Shown: in pieces, positions 9,086 to 19,184 of the stretch
Layout: every line of letters starts with the position of its first letter
How positions within the stretch are numbered: position 1 is the stretch's first letter
IMG/VR virus record: IMGVR_UViG_3300025888_000011
Coordinates: 64,001-128,000 of that record
Reading direction: 5' to 3' (one strand)
Source of the DNA: a virus
DNA length: 64,000 bases
Notes under the pieces: model-generated
What the model saw: only the letters and a program-made list of their open reading frames with translations
Database searches by the model: none
Told to the model about the DNA's origin: nothing
Made by a program: the position numbers and the translations under genes

Positions 9086-9445
9086 GTGGAGGATAGGATT
9101 ATGAGTGAAAAAGTTATTAATATGGAAATTGGAACAAATGAGAATGTGGAAGAGATTTTAGAATACACGAGTGAAGAAATAATGGGAAATATTACAGTAG
9201 ATGAAGAATTAAAAAGAATACAAATTCAAGATAAACCTATATCTAAACTATCAAAAGAAACTAAGAATGGAACAATATATAAAGATATTATGGAACAAAC
9301 AGAAGTATTAGGAGCATGTTTTCAAACTCTTTTAGGTTTTGGTGTAGATTACGTTTCTTCTCTTACAATTGCACAAAATATGATAACTAATATGGTTGAA
9401 ACAGAGAAAATTAAAATACAAAATGTATTAACTCAACAATTATAA
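9086..9445 (+). CDS. Hypothetical protein
   Basis: ORF with RBS GGAGGA; true start probably ATG at 9101. Confidence 0.6.
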   Translation: MEDRIMSEKVINMEIGTNENVEEILEYTSEEIMGNITVDEELKRIQIQDKPISKLSKETKNGTIYKDIMEQTEVLGACFQTLLGFGVDYVSSLTIAQNMITNMVETEKIKIQNVLTQQL

Positions 9446-9506
9446 TAAAAACACGTTAATAATATAAAACAAAATAAATATCAAAATTAAAAGGAGAATA
9501 ATAAAT

Positions 9507-10349
9507 ATGGTAAAATACGAATTAGAATCAAAGGAAGAATTTCTTGAATTTGCAATAGACAGACTCAATGATGAGGATAATATATCTTTAATAGTATTAG
9601 AGGACAACATAGAAATAATCTTAGACTGTCGTGAATTTGAATGTAAATCACTTATTAAAGAAATAAACGCAGAATATTGTATATATGTGATAACTAAAAA
9701 TACTGTTAGGAGTGGTATTTATTTAGAAATTACACCAGTTACATTTGATGAAGATTGCATAATGGAAAATTATATTGAGAATGATTTGGTTGCTGTGCAA
9801 GATGGATTATTAGATGACGAAGAATTATTAGACATAGATGCCGAGGAATTAATTATATTGGATTATGAGTATGACAATGAAGAAACATGTAATTGTGAGT
9901 GTTGTCAAGGATGTTGTGACAATAATGAAGAGGAAAATGAACCAGTAACCAATGAAATATTCGAATGTGAAGATGTTATTACTGCCAAATTAGAATTTAT
10001 AGAAGATACTTTAGAGAATTATGGTGAAATTAGTTTAATCACAAATTATGAAACTGCTAAAGAAATTGCAATGGAATATGGAATACATGATTATTTAGAT
10101 TATTTTGCTATAGATTTACAAAGTGACGTAGAAGGATATTTAGTTGAAATAACTGAGGATGAATTATTTGTTATTGAACCAATTGAAAGAATAGATGGTT
10201 ATTTCACAATTGAAACCGATAGATTGTATATTGATTTTGATGTAGAAGAATATTTAGATGAAGATTTTTATGAAAATTATTTAAATGTTGAAGAGTGTCT
10301 TGGAATCAAAATACAAGAAGTAGAATTAGAGTTTAGTAAGTTAAAGTAA
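9507..10349 (+). CDS. Highly acidic protein with an internal duplication and Cys-rich linker
   Basis: LEFAIDRLNDEDNISLI vs LEFIEDTLENYGEISLI; linker CNCECCQGCC. Confidence 0.65.
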   Translation: MVKYELESKEEFLEFAIDRLNDEDNISLIVLEDNIEIILDCREFECKSLIKEINAEYCIYVITKNTVRSGIYLEITPVTFDEDCIMENYIENDLVAVQDGLLDDEELLDIDAEELIILDYEYDNEETCNCECCQGCCDNNEEENEPVTNEIFECEDVITAKLEFIEDTLENYGEISLITNYETAKEIAMEYGIHDYLDYFAIDLQSDVEGYLVEITEDELFVIEPIERIDGYFTIETDRLYIDFDVEEYLDEDFYENYLNVEECLGIKIQEVELEFSKLK

Positions 10350-10444
10350 TGTAAATATATTTTGATATAGAAGATTAGATTCTTAGTCTTCTATAATGAG
10401 AGTATATAAGAATTAAATAAAGTCATAATAATATAAAAAATATG

Positions 10445-10473
10445 TTGACAAATTAAGTTGAAAATGGTAATAT
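10445..10473 (+). promoter_or_regulatory. SigA-type promoter for RNA leader A and endonuclease
   Basis: TTGACA-17 nt-TAATAT with extended -10 TG. Confidence 0.75.
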
Positions 10474-10479
10474 TATATT

Positions 10480-10616
10480 AAGGATAGAATCATATAAAGG
10501 AGTCGACACTTTTATATGATTTGATAAGTGTGGGTTTTATCTACCGTCACTCTTCCTTGATTTTTACATATAATAATCACGGTGGATAAAATAATATAAA
10601 AGAGGTAGATAATAAA
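10480..10616 (+). ncRNA. Three-way-junction leader RNA, copy A (anti-SD in P3)
   Basis: P1 AAGGA/TCCTT, TAG, 13-bp P2, TGATA, P3 containing TTTTATCTACCGT complementary to 10579-10591 and to SD region 10604-10612. Confidence 0.7.
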
Positions 10617-12041
10617 ATGATAGACTTAGAACAAATAGTAAAAGTTAGATGGAATGGTTGTACAAGAAAATGGTATGAATCTAAAGGATATATTTATACA
10701 AAGCAAAATGAATTTTTTGATTGTAAGTTAGAGGATTTACAAAAGGGTTCAACAGTAAAAGTTTTAGTAATATGTGATTATTGTGGAGAAGAATTTCCAA
10801 AAGAATATAGAAATTACTTTAAAGAAAGAAAAATAGTTGAAAAAGATTGTTGTAAAAATAGAAAATGTATGGTTAAAAAATCTAAAGAAGTTAATTTAAA
10901 AACTATTGGTGTAGAAAATCCTATGCAATTAAAGGAAATAAGTGAAAAATCAGGTGTGAATCATAGAACTCCTTTTAATGAAGTAGTTTTATTATGTGAA
11001 GAAAAAGGACTTTTATTATTAAGTAAAGAGAGTGATTATAAAAACGATAGAACTCCAATTTTTATAATATGTAATAAACATGAATCAGAAGGAATACAAG
11101 AAACTAAATTTGCTAATATAAAAAAGAATAAAACTTGTTGTTTTTTCGGAGGGCATGATTTAATAGGATTAAGTAAAAGATTAAATGGGGAAGATGTTTA
11201 TAATGATTTCATAAAACATGGATTAACTCCATTATTTAAACCAAATGAATACAAGGATAATCAAACTATATTACCATATATATGCGATAAACATAAAGAT
11301 AAAGGAATACAATACAGAGCATATATGAATATAGACAATAATGAAGGATGTTCATATTGTGCAAAAGAGAGAATGAAAGAAAAAATGAGGTTTGATGAGA
11401 AATATGTTTTTGATAATTTGATTAATAAGGGATTAATACCGATTGAGGGCGAAAGATATATTAATAGAAATACTCCTATAAAATACAGATGCATTAAACA
11501 TCCAAACGTTATACAACACATTATATTTGGAGGATTCTTTAATACAGAATGTGCTTGTGATTATTGTAGAATGGAGAAAAGTTTATACAGTTTAAATAGA
11601 TATTTTAGAAGTTCTTTAAGTTTTTGGAGAAAAGAAGCTGAAAATAACTGTAACCATATGTGTATTTTAAGTGGAGTAAAACAATATGAAGTTCATCATT
11701 TATATTCCTATAATTCAATAATAAAAGATGTTGTTGATGAATTAAAGTTAGATTTCAAAAATGTTAAAGATTATTCTGAAATAGATTTATTAAATATAAG
11801 AAATAAAGTAATAGAAAAACATAAATTATCAAAAGGAATATGTTTAAATACTAAATTGCATATTATTTTTCATCAAGTTTTTGGAAAATTAAATAATACA
11901 AAAGAACAATTTGAGGAATTTAAAGAGAGCTATTATAATGGCGAGTTTGATAATGATTTAGAAGAAGAACTAAAATCTTACAATTCTATAAGAAGGTTAA
12001 ATGAAAACAGAATAAAGAGTGATTTTAATGAAGCTATGTAA
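10617..12041 (+). CDS. Free-standing HNH endonuclease with multiple Zn-binding repeats
   Basis: CDYC; repeated CxKH..CxxC units; C-terminal CILSG..EVHHLY..GICL..LHIIFHQVFG..N. Confidence 0.75.
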   Translation: MIDLEQIVKVRWNGCTRKWYESKGYIYTKQNEFFDCKLEDLQKGSTVKVLVICDYCGEEFPKEYRNYFKERKIVEKDCCKNRKCMVKKSKEVNLKTIGVENPMQLKEISEKSGVNHRTPFNEVVLLCEEKGLLLLSKESDYKNDRTPIFIICNKHESEGIQETKFANIKKNKTCCFFGGHDLIGLSKRLNGEDVYNDFIKHGLTPLFKPNEYKDNQTILPYICDKHKDKGIQYRAYMNIDNNEGCSYCAKERMKEKMRFDEKYVFDNLINKGLIPIEGERYINRNTPIKYRCIKHPNVIQHIIFGGFFNTECACDYCRMEKSLYSLNRYFRSSLSFWRKEAENNCNHMCILSGVKQYEVHHLYSYNSIIKDVVDELKLDFKNVKDYSEIDLLNIRNKVIEKHKLSKGICLNTKLHIIFHQVFGKLNNTKEQFEEFKESYYNGEFDNDLEEELKSYNSIRRLNENRIKSDFNEAM

Positions 12042-12088
12042 AATTGTAGCTTCATTTTTAATGCATAAAAATATAAGGAAGTGAAAAT

Positions 12089-13198
12089 ATGACAACAAGA
12101 GCAATAACAAGTAAAACTAAATCTAAATCCACAACTAAAAAAGAAGACAAGCCAATAGTAGAAATTACTTGTACTTGTTGTGGTGAAACAAAACATGATA
12201 CTGAATTTTATAGTAGTCAAAGTGAAATATTTAAAGCAAATAATAAGATGTGTATTTGCAAAAATTGTGTAATTGAGATATTTGATTTTTATAAGGCTAA
12301 ATATAAGGATGATGAACAAGCTTCTATATATCGAACTTGTGAATTATTAGATGTTTATTATACTGAAAATTTAATAGAATCTTCGAGAAAAGAGATGCTT
12401 AAAAGAGGTTCAGAAACTGGAAGTGTTATGAAATTCTACATGAAGAACGTGGGAATGAATCAATATAAAAATATGTCTTTTGAAGATAGAGAGATAACAC
12501 ATATACATGCTAAGGAAATTTTATATGAAAAAGAATTAGCTGAATTAACAGAAACTAAGAAAGAGAAAAAAGCTAAGGAAGATTGTATGAAGCTTATAGG
12601 ATATGATGCATTTTCTAGTGAACCTGTAAAAGAAAAGAAAGCATTATATTCAAAACTTGTAGGATTTTTAGATAGTTCTACACTTAAAGATAATTTTAAG
12701 ATTCCAATTGTTATCCAAATTGTGAAAATGTTTAATCAAGCAGACCAATTAGATAGGGCATTATCTGAACATTTAAGTAACCCTGATGTTATTTTAAAAT
12801 CGTCAGATGACATAAATAGGATAATAGGGGCTAAACAGAAAATAACTTCTGCTGTTTTAAGTATGGCTAAAGATAATGGAATAAGTGTAAATTACAGTAA
12901 CAATAAAAGTAAAGGAGCTGGAACACTTACTGGAATAATAAAAGAACTACAAGAGATTGGATTTGAAGATGCTGATGTTAATTTGTTTGATGTAGAAACA
13001 TTAGGTGGAATTAAGCATGTTGCTGATGAGAGCAATAAATCTATTGCGGAGCAATTGCAGTTTGATGAGAATGATTATACAGAAATGATAAGTGAACAGA
13101 AAATATTAATAGAAAAGTTTCAAAAATCATCAGATAAAATGGAAGAAGAAAATAGAAAAATAAAAACAATTTTAAACTTAAATGGTTTGAAATATTAA
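12089..13198 (+). CDS. Probable terminase small subunit / packaging-associated protein
   Basis: CTCC..FY.S..CKNC zinc motif; directly upstream of large terminase. Confidence 0.55.
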   Translation: MTTRAITSKTKSKSTTKKEDKPIVEITCTCCGETKHDTEFYSSQSEIFKANNKMCICKNCVIEIFDFYKAKYKDDEQASIYRTCELLDVYYTENLIESSRKEMLKRGSETGSVMKFYMKNVGMNQYKNMSFEDREITHIHAKEILYEKELAELTETKKEKKAKEDCMKLIGYDAFSSEPVKEKKALYSKLVGFLDSSTLKDNFKIPIVIQIVKMFNQADQLDRALSEHLSNPDVILKSSDDINRIIGAKQKITSAVLSMAKDNGISVNYSNNKSKGAGTLTGIIKELQEIGFEDADVNLFDVETLGGIKHVADESNKSIAEQLQFDENDYTEMISEQKILIEKFQKSSDKMEEENRKIKTILNLNGLKY

Positions 13199-13216
13199 GG
13201 AGGGAGTCTATAGAAA

Positions 13217-13756
13217 ATGGATTTCTCAATAAAACAAGGAAAAGAATATATGTCAGATACAAAAAAAGAAGGATATATGAGATTAGCACAAATAATACAA
13301 TGGGGAAGAAAGTATCCCACAAAATTCGTTGAAAGATTTTTTGGTGTATTTCTATTAGATTATCAAAAATATGTTTTTATGAATAGTTGGTCAACTCCAT
13401 TTTGTGTATGGTGTCAATGTCGTTCTAGTGGTAAATCAACATTAGGAAGTCCATTTATAATGGCTAAATCAATATTGATTCCTAATTTTCAAGGGTATTT
13501 ACTTGCAGGAGATGGCTCTCAGAGTAAGGAATTATTTCAGAAAATTGAGAAAATTGCTAATAGAGAAATTACCTCATTTACAGGGTTAACAGATGTATTT
13601 GGCAACGAATTAGTTAAGAGTGCCTCAAACACCAGTGGATTTACACATAATCCAAATTCCTTTGAATATAAGCTTTATAATGGTTCTAAGGTCAATACCT
13701 TAAATTCCGTTCCCGATAACCTTCGTTCGAAAAGAAGCAACTGTAACTTCTACGAT
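13217..13756 (+). CDS. terL: Terminase large subunit, exon 1
   Basis: Walker A CRSSGKST; exon ends at NFYD, the first half of Walker B. Confidence 0.9.
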
Positions 13757-14031
13757 AAACTTTTGTCGCCTTATATAGTAATATATAAGTGAAAATTATT
13801 CAATATCGGTGAATCCTAAGTCAGAAATGATATGGCGATACCGAGATAAGTTAAAGGTTTAAAAACTTTTGACCATCGTAACGCATAGAGATTGAAACTT
13901 TATATTAATATTATAAAGATATAAAATATCTCCAAGAGTGAATAACAACCTTGTAGGTTGAAAATGTATGCTGAACTTATAAGAAATTATAAGAAGTAGA
14001 GGATAAAAAGCCTTTACGATAACAAAAATTG
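13757..14031 (+). ncRNA. Group I intron (ORF-less, 275 nt) in terL
   Basis: 5' exon ends in U (P1 CGAT/GTCG with U.G), intron ends in G, P3 TTATTCA/TGAATAA, P7 GCATA/TATGC; removal restores NFYD|EAGF in frame. Confidence 0.9.
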
Positions 14032-15345
14032 GAAGCAGGTTTCATACCAGACGATTTATTTGTAACAACAGAGCCATTTACAACACAAAATAGTAACTTT
14101 GCTTTAGGTGGTGAATCACAAGATGTAACTTTAATACCTAAACAATTTCCTAATCAGTTAATTTACGCTTCATCAGCATCAAGTATTGACCAATATTTCT
14201 TTAAAAAATATAAGGAATTTTCTAAAAGAATGTTTTTAGGGGATAAAAAGTATTTTGTTGCAGATATAAAAGATGAGGTTGTAATGAGTGCAACATTTAA
14301 TGGAAAAGTGTATCCTGTATCTCTGTTAGTTCAAGAAACAATAGATAATGCTATGAGAGAAAACCCTGAAAAAGCAAATAGAGAATATAAAAATATATTT
14401 TCTAAAGAGGGTGGAGACAATCAAATTATTAAACGTGCAAGCATTATAAGAAATTCTAAAAATTACAAACCTATACTAACGAATGAAACTAATGAAATGA
14501 AGTTTATTTTAGCTCAAGACCCAGCAAGAAAATCTGATAATTCTATTACAACTATAGGATTGTTATATCACGATGAACATGTTGGTTATAAATTGAGATT
14601 ATGTAATTGTGTTAATTTTCTTGATAAAGGAAACAAAGTTAAACAACAAATGAGAATACCAGACCAAATCAAAGAAGTTAAAATTTTATTAAATAGTTAC
14701 AATGGAAAAGGCAAGGCACAGTGCGAAAACATACATAAGTTGTTGGTTGATGCAGGAGCTGGAGGTCAAGGACTGTCAATAGCAGATGAATTTATGGAAG
14801 ATTATAAAATTGACGGAAAAGACTATAGAGGATTGATAGATAAAGAAAACTGTTCAGAATATATTACTACATTTCCTAATGCTTTAGATAAACTTAAATT
14901 AATATCCCCACAAAAATATAAGAGAGATATGTTTGATGCTCTAGTAGAAATGATGAATATGGACTTAATTGAATTCCCTTCAAATTATGACGGTAGAGGA
15001 TATTTACGGTTTGAGGAGAGTATGACAGAATGTTATACGGATGAAGATAACAAATCGAAAAAGAAAACTGAAGCAAAGGAAAATATATATAAATTAAGTG
15101 ATGATGAAATTTTATCTTTAGTAAATTTAGATTTAGCAAAAGAAGAATTGGTCAATATTCATAGGATAGATTCATCAAATGAGAATTATAGATACGACTT
15201 ACCTGCCGACAAAAAAAGAAAGATGCATGACGATAAAGCGTATACGATTGCGATGCTCGCGTGGGAGTTAAAAAATATAAGAAGAGATGAATTTTATGAA
15301 GGTAAAGGAAAGCAAAAAGTAAACATCTTGGATTATTGCATGTAA
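14032..15345 (+). CDS. terL: Terminase large subunit, exon 2
   Basis: EAGF, YASSAS coupling motif, nuclease residues QDPA..D, VDAGAGG, HDD. Confidence 0.9.
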   Translation, partial: EAGFIPDDLFVTTEPFTTQNSNFALGGESQDVTLIPKQFPNQLIYASSASSIDQYFFKKYKEFSKRMFLGDKKYFVADIKDEVVMSATFNGKVYPVSLLVQETIDNAMRENPEKANREYKNIFSKEGGDNQIIKRASIIRNSKNYKPILTNETNEMKFILAQDPARKSDNSITTIGLLYHDEHVGYKLRLCNCVNFLDKGNKVKQQMRIPDQIKEVKILLNSYNGKGKAQCENIHKLLVDAGAGGQGLSIADEFMEDYKIDGKDYRGLIDKENCSEYITTFPNALDKLKLISPQKYKRDMFDALVEMMNMDLIEFPSNYDGRGYLRFEESMTECYTDEDNKSKKKTEAKENIYKLSDDEILSLVNLDLAKEELVNIHRIDSSNENYRYDLPADKKRKMHDDKAYTIAMLAWELKNIRRDEFYEGKGKQKVNILDYCM

Positions 15346-15406
15346 ATAATAATATAAAACTATAAACACACAATTTCCAAATCCTCAAAGAAAGGAGGTA
15401 TACAAA

Positions 15407-16981
15407 TTGACAACTAAAAAAATAACTAAAGAATCAATAGAATTATCTCAATCATTAAAAGAAACTCAAGAACTTGAAGAAGAATCTCATCGTGATTATG
15501 TATCATTTGCAAAAGATAGTTCTGTTTCAAATAAATCTTCTGCATATTCTTCTATTCAAAATAATAAAGCAAGGAAAACATCTAAAAGTAATATAAAGAA
15601 ATTTTTAGATAATCCTACTGACAATTATTTACAATTACAACAGTCTTCACAATATCTTAAAAATACAAATGGTATTTATAATAGATTAATATTCTATTTT
15701 TCATCATTATTAACATATGAACATTATTTATACCCTGTAGTGAGTTCAGATAAATTGGATAACGATAAAAAAGTAACAAAAGTTTATGAAGACGTTGCAA
15801 TAAATTTAGAAAAATATAATTTAAAGTTTAATTTACCTAAATTTACAGAATACATATTTACAGATGGAGAAGTATTTTTATATAAATTAGAAGATACAAA
15901 AGGAATTGTATTTAAGAAAATTCCAAATGAATATTGTAGAGTTAGTCAAATGGAAGATGGAGTTTTTAGATATGAAATAAATGTTACTAAATTTACAGAT
16001 ATTACAATACAAGAATTTCCACAAGAATTTCAAAATTTATATAACGTATTTCATGATAAAGAAAAATCAGATAAAAATAAGAAACAGAATAAGAATCAAA
16101 ACAATATTCTCAATAATATTAATAACAACTATATAAATTATGGATGGTTTCAAATTAGTAATAAAGGAGTTTGTTTTCCTACTCAATGGAATAATTTTCA
16201 TTCATTTCCTATGATGTCCTATTTATTACCAGATATTATGGATATAGATTCTATTAAGGATTTAAAGAAAGATTCTGATAGATTAGATAATACAAAATTT
16301 ATACATAGTAAAGTTGAAACTAATAAAGATACTGGATTACCTGTAATGGATTTAGATATTGTAAAAGCATATAACAAATCTATTCAAGATAAATTGCCTG
16401 ATGGAATGGTAGCTATTACTAATCCATTTGTAACAAACTCTATTCAACTAGCAGGAAGTCAAAGTAATATAAATAATATTGTTGAACAAGCTACAGATTA
16501 TATTTATTCAAGTGCAGGAGTAAGTGATTTACTCTTTTCTAATAAGAAATCATCTAGTGAAGCACTTAAACAATCTATTGCAGTTGATGTTCAAATACTA
16601 TTATCATTTATATTACCATTATATATTAATTATATAAACTTTGAATTAAGACAATATAATTCTGTTTATAGATTTGCTGTAAGAATATTAGAAACAACAT
16701 TATTATCTAGAAAAGATGATTTAACACTTAGTATGGCAAGTATGAATGTAGGCGGTTCTAGATTAAAGTTTATGGCTTTATGTGGACATACTCCTATTGA
16801 AGCGAGAACTCTTAGAAAACTAGAGAATGCTTTAGGTATGGATGAATTATTAACTCCTAAATTAAATGGTAATGTAATTAGTGGAAATGCAGATGGAACT
16901 TCAAATGTTGGAGGAGCACCTACAGCTGAATCAACAGGAACGGTAGGAGATAACACAGAAAAGGCTAACGAAAACAAGTAA
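15407..16981 (+). CDS. Portal protein
   Basis: 524 aa, directly after terL; SAGVS..LF pattern typical of SPbeta-like portals. Confidence 0.75.
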   Translation: MTTKKITKESIELSQSLKETQELEEESHRDYVSFAKDSSVSNKSSAYSSIQNNKARKTSKSNIKKFLDNPTDNYLQLQQSSQYLKNTNGIYNRLIFYFSSLLTYEHYLYPVVSSDKLDNDKKVTKVYEDVAINLEKYNLKFNLPKFTEYIFTDGEVFLYKLEDTKGIVFKKIPNEYCRVSQMEDGVFRYEINVTKFTDITIQEFPQEFQNLYNVFHDKEKSDKNKKQNKNQNNILNNINNNYINYGWFQISNKGVCFPTQWNNFHSFPMMSYLLPDIMDIDSIKDLKKDSDRLDNTKFIHSKVETNKDTGLPVMDLDIVKAYNKSIQDKLPDGMVAITNPFVTNSIQLAGSQSNINNIVEQATDYIYSSAGVSDLLFSNKKSSSEALKQSIAVDVQILLSFILPLYINYINFELRQYNSVYRFAVRILETTLLSRKDDLTLSMASMNVGGSRLKFMALCGHTPIEARTLRKLENALGMDELLTPKLNGNVISGNADGTSNVGGAPTAESTGTVGDNTEKANENK

Positions 16982-17011
16982 ATAATATAAAACATATGGA
17001 CGATAAAGGAT

Positions 17012-17206
17012 GTGATAAAAATGTTTATATATTGTTTTGAAAAGAAAGATAAGGAAGATTTGATTTCTAAGGGATATAGGTATTTAAAAGAAGAAACTGT
17101 TGGTCTTGGCGATAAAAAAGCCTATGTGTTTATAGATGATAATAAACTGAATTTTGAAGAATTAGATAATAAGAAGTTTATTAAAAGTAATAAGATGAAT
17201 TTCTAA
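17012..17206 (+). CDS. Small DUF5659-like protein
   Basis: FIYCF..LISKGYRYL..YVF pattern. Confidence 0.55.
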   Translation: MIKMFIYCFEKKDKEDLISKGYRYLKEETVGLGDKKAYVFIDDNKLNFEELDNKKFIKSNKMNF

Positions 17207-17226
17207 GTGAAGGGAGGTGAAAATTA

Positions 17227-18609
17227 GTGGAATACAAATATATACCAACTAAATTTGAATCAATAGGTAATACAGACAAAGTAAATGATGAGTTTGTTCG
17301 TTGCTCGATTTCGGTTCTCGGATTGGAACAGGTAGCAAATAATACTCATTTTAATAAAGAAAGCGTAGATAAAGCAACCCCAACTTTAGGATATATACCA
17401 GTAATAGGATATATGAGAGAAGGAGAGTTTCAAGGACATGGACAAGAAATAGTTCTTAAAGATGATGGTGGAGTAGAATTTATTGTAAAAACAATCCCTT
17501 ACGGTGTAGTTATAAAAGATTCAGCAAGATATGAGGATATGACTCATTTAAATGGGACAAAAGAATCTTATTTAGTGACAGATTGTTATATTTGGAGAAG
17601 ATATTTAGATGATGTAGATATGATTAATTCGTTGAAACAAAGCATGGAAATTATGGTTAATAATTGTGATTGGGATGAAAATGGAGTATTACAAATTACA
17701 GATTTTTCCTTCTCTGCTCTTTGCATGATTTCCGTAGAACCTGCTTTTGAACTTTCTAAGATAAGAACATTAGACAAATTCTCTAAATCAGACTTTAAGG
17801 CAGAATATACAGCAATGTGTGGGGCTTTAGATATATATTTAAGCGATAATAAAATAAAAGAAAGTAGGGTGATAAAAAAGATGGAAAATAAAATTGAAGA
17901 AGAAGTAGTAGAAGTAAAATTAGCAGAAGAGACTCCTGTTGAGGAAATAGTTGAAATGACTAAAGAACCGATTGTTAAAGATGAAGAAAAAATAGAATTA
18001 AAAGAGGCTAAGAAAAAGGAAGACCCAAAAACAGTAGAACCAAAAGTTCCAACTGAAAAAGGCACACCTGTAGAACCAGTAGTTCCAGTTAACAAAACTA
18101 TACCTGAAGATAAAAAGAAGAAAAAGGTTGTTGCAGAAAAGGTAGTAGAAGAAGTTGTAAGCGTGAATTTTGAAGCAGAATACGATTCTATAAAATCTAG
18201 TTTTGATAAACTTGAAATTAGTAATAATGAATTGAAGGCAAAATTCAATGACATTACATCACAATTTGAAACTTTAAATACAGAAGTAATCTCTCTGAGA
18301 GAGTTTAAACTTAATGAAGAAAATCAGAAAGCATTTGAATTGAGAAAAATTGAAGTTGATAAAATTATAGCAGAATTCTCTTTTGAAGAAGAAGAGATTA
18401 AAGACATACGTCAAAAAGCGTACTCTAATGAAATTGCAACAGAGGAATTGGAAAATTCTTTATTTACATTAGAAGGAAGAAAACTTCATGCTAAAAAACA
18501 ATTTTCAGCTAAGAAAGTAGAAGCAATAGTTGAAAAACCTGTAGTTAAAATTACAGAAGAACAAACAGTTAAAAGTGTTTACGGTTCAGCCGATAAATAT
18601 TTTAAATAG
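17227..18609 (+). CDS. Prohead protease / scaffold fusion
   Basis: N-terminal domain with GH, QSMEI, FSALC, PAFE; long charged coiled-coil C-terminus; position between portal and capsid. Confidence 0.75.
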   Translation: MEYKYIPTKFESIGNTDKVNDEFVRCSISVLGLEQVANNTHFNKESVDKATPTLGYIPVIGYMREGEFQGHGQEIVLKDDGGVEFIVKTIPYGVVIKDSARYEDMTHLNGTKESYLVTDCYIWRRYLDDVDMINSLKQSMEIMVNNCDWDENGVLQITDFSFSALCMISVEPAFELSKIRTLDKFSKSDFKAEYTAMCGALDIYLSDNKIKESRVIKKMENKIEEEVVEVKLAEETPVEEIVEMTKEPIVKDEEKIELKEAKKKEDPKTVEPKVPTEKGTPVEPVVPVNKTIPEDKKKKKVVAEKVVEEVVSVNFEAEYDSIKSSFDKLEISNNELKAKFNDITSQFETLNTEVISLREFKLNEENQKAFELRKIEVDKIIAEFSFEEEEIKDIRQKAYSNEIATEELENSLFTLEGRKLHAKKQFSAKKVEAIVEKPVVKITEEQTVKSVYGSADKYFK

Positions 18610-18672
18610 TAACAATACAAGATATTAATATAAAAACAACAAAACAAATTAAAATTCGAGGAGGAATATATA

Positions 18673-19128
18673 ATGATAAGATTAGACAAAATTAAAGGTT
18701 CAGCTCACATAGCTTCATTTACATTCGCAACAACTTTAACAAACGGTGCAGTAGTTGCATTAGGTGCTTTAAACACAGACGGTGAAAGTTACATAGGTGG
18801 TGCTGTAGCTAACGTTGCTACAGATAAAATAGTTTTTCATGCTTCAGTAGAATTACAATATGCAGTTGATGCAATGGAAGAGGATTACACTCTTAAAATA
18901 GGTGGTAAAGGTAGAGGTTATATTCTTGAAAAAGGAGATATCGTAACAATTACAGATGACCAACTTACTGGAACTACAGTTGTAGGTGGATTTGTATTAC
19001 CAGTAGTAGGAACTAAACTTGCTTTTAGTGCATCAGCTAGAACAACTGAAAATTTAGCTTTCCAAGTAATAGAAAAAACAACTCTTGGTGGAGCAGTAGC
19101 AACAGCTTTAGAAGTAATATACGCTTAA
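18673..19128 (+). CDS. Capsid decoration / cement protein
   Basis: 151 aa Gly/Ala/Thr-rich, directly before the capsid gene, strong RBS GAGGAGG. Confidence 0.65.
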   Translation: MIRLDKIKGSAHIASFTFATTLTNGAVVALGALNTDGESYIGGAVANVATDKIVFHASVELQYAVDAMEEDYTLKIGGKGRGYILEKGDIVTITDDQLTGTTVVGGFVLPVVGTKLAFSASARTTENLAFQVIEKTTLGGAVATALEVIYA

Positions 19129-19184
19129 TTTATAAAAATAAAATAATATAAAAATTAATAATACAATTCGAGGAGGAATATATA

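Noticed and set aside
13757-13792. C-terminal KLLSPYIVIYK of the 191-aa ORF and TTG start of the 14029 ORF
   Set aside because: Both are intron sequence; the two ORFs are exons of one terminase gene
17586-18254. 222-aa minus-strand ORF and the other minus-strand ORFs in the track
   Set aside because: All overlap well-supported + strand genes or structured leaders, show no recognisable motifs, and are expected antisense shadows of biased codon use
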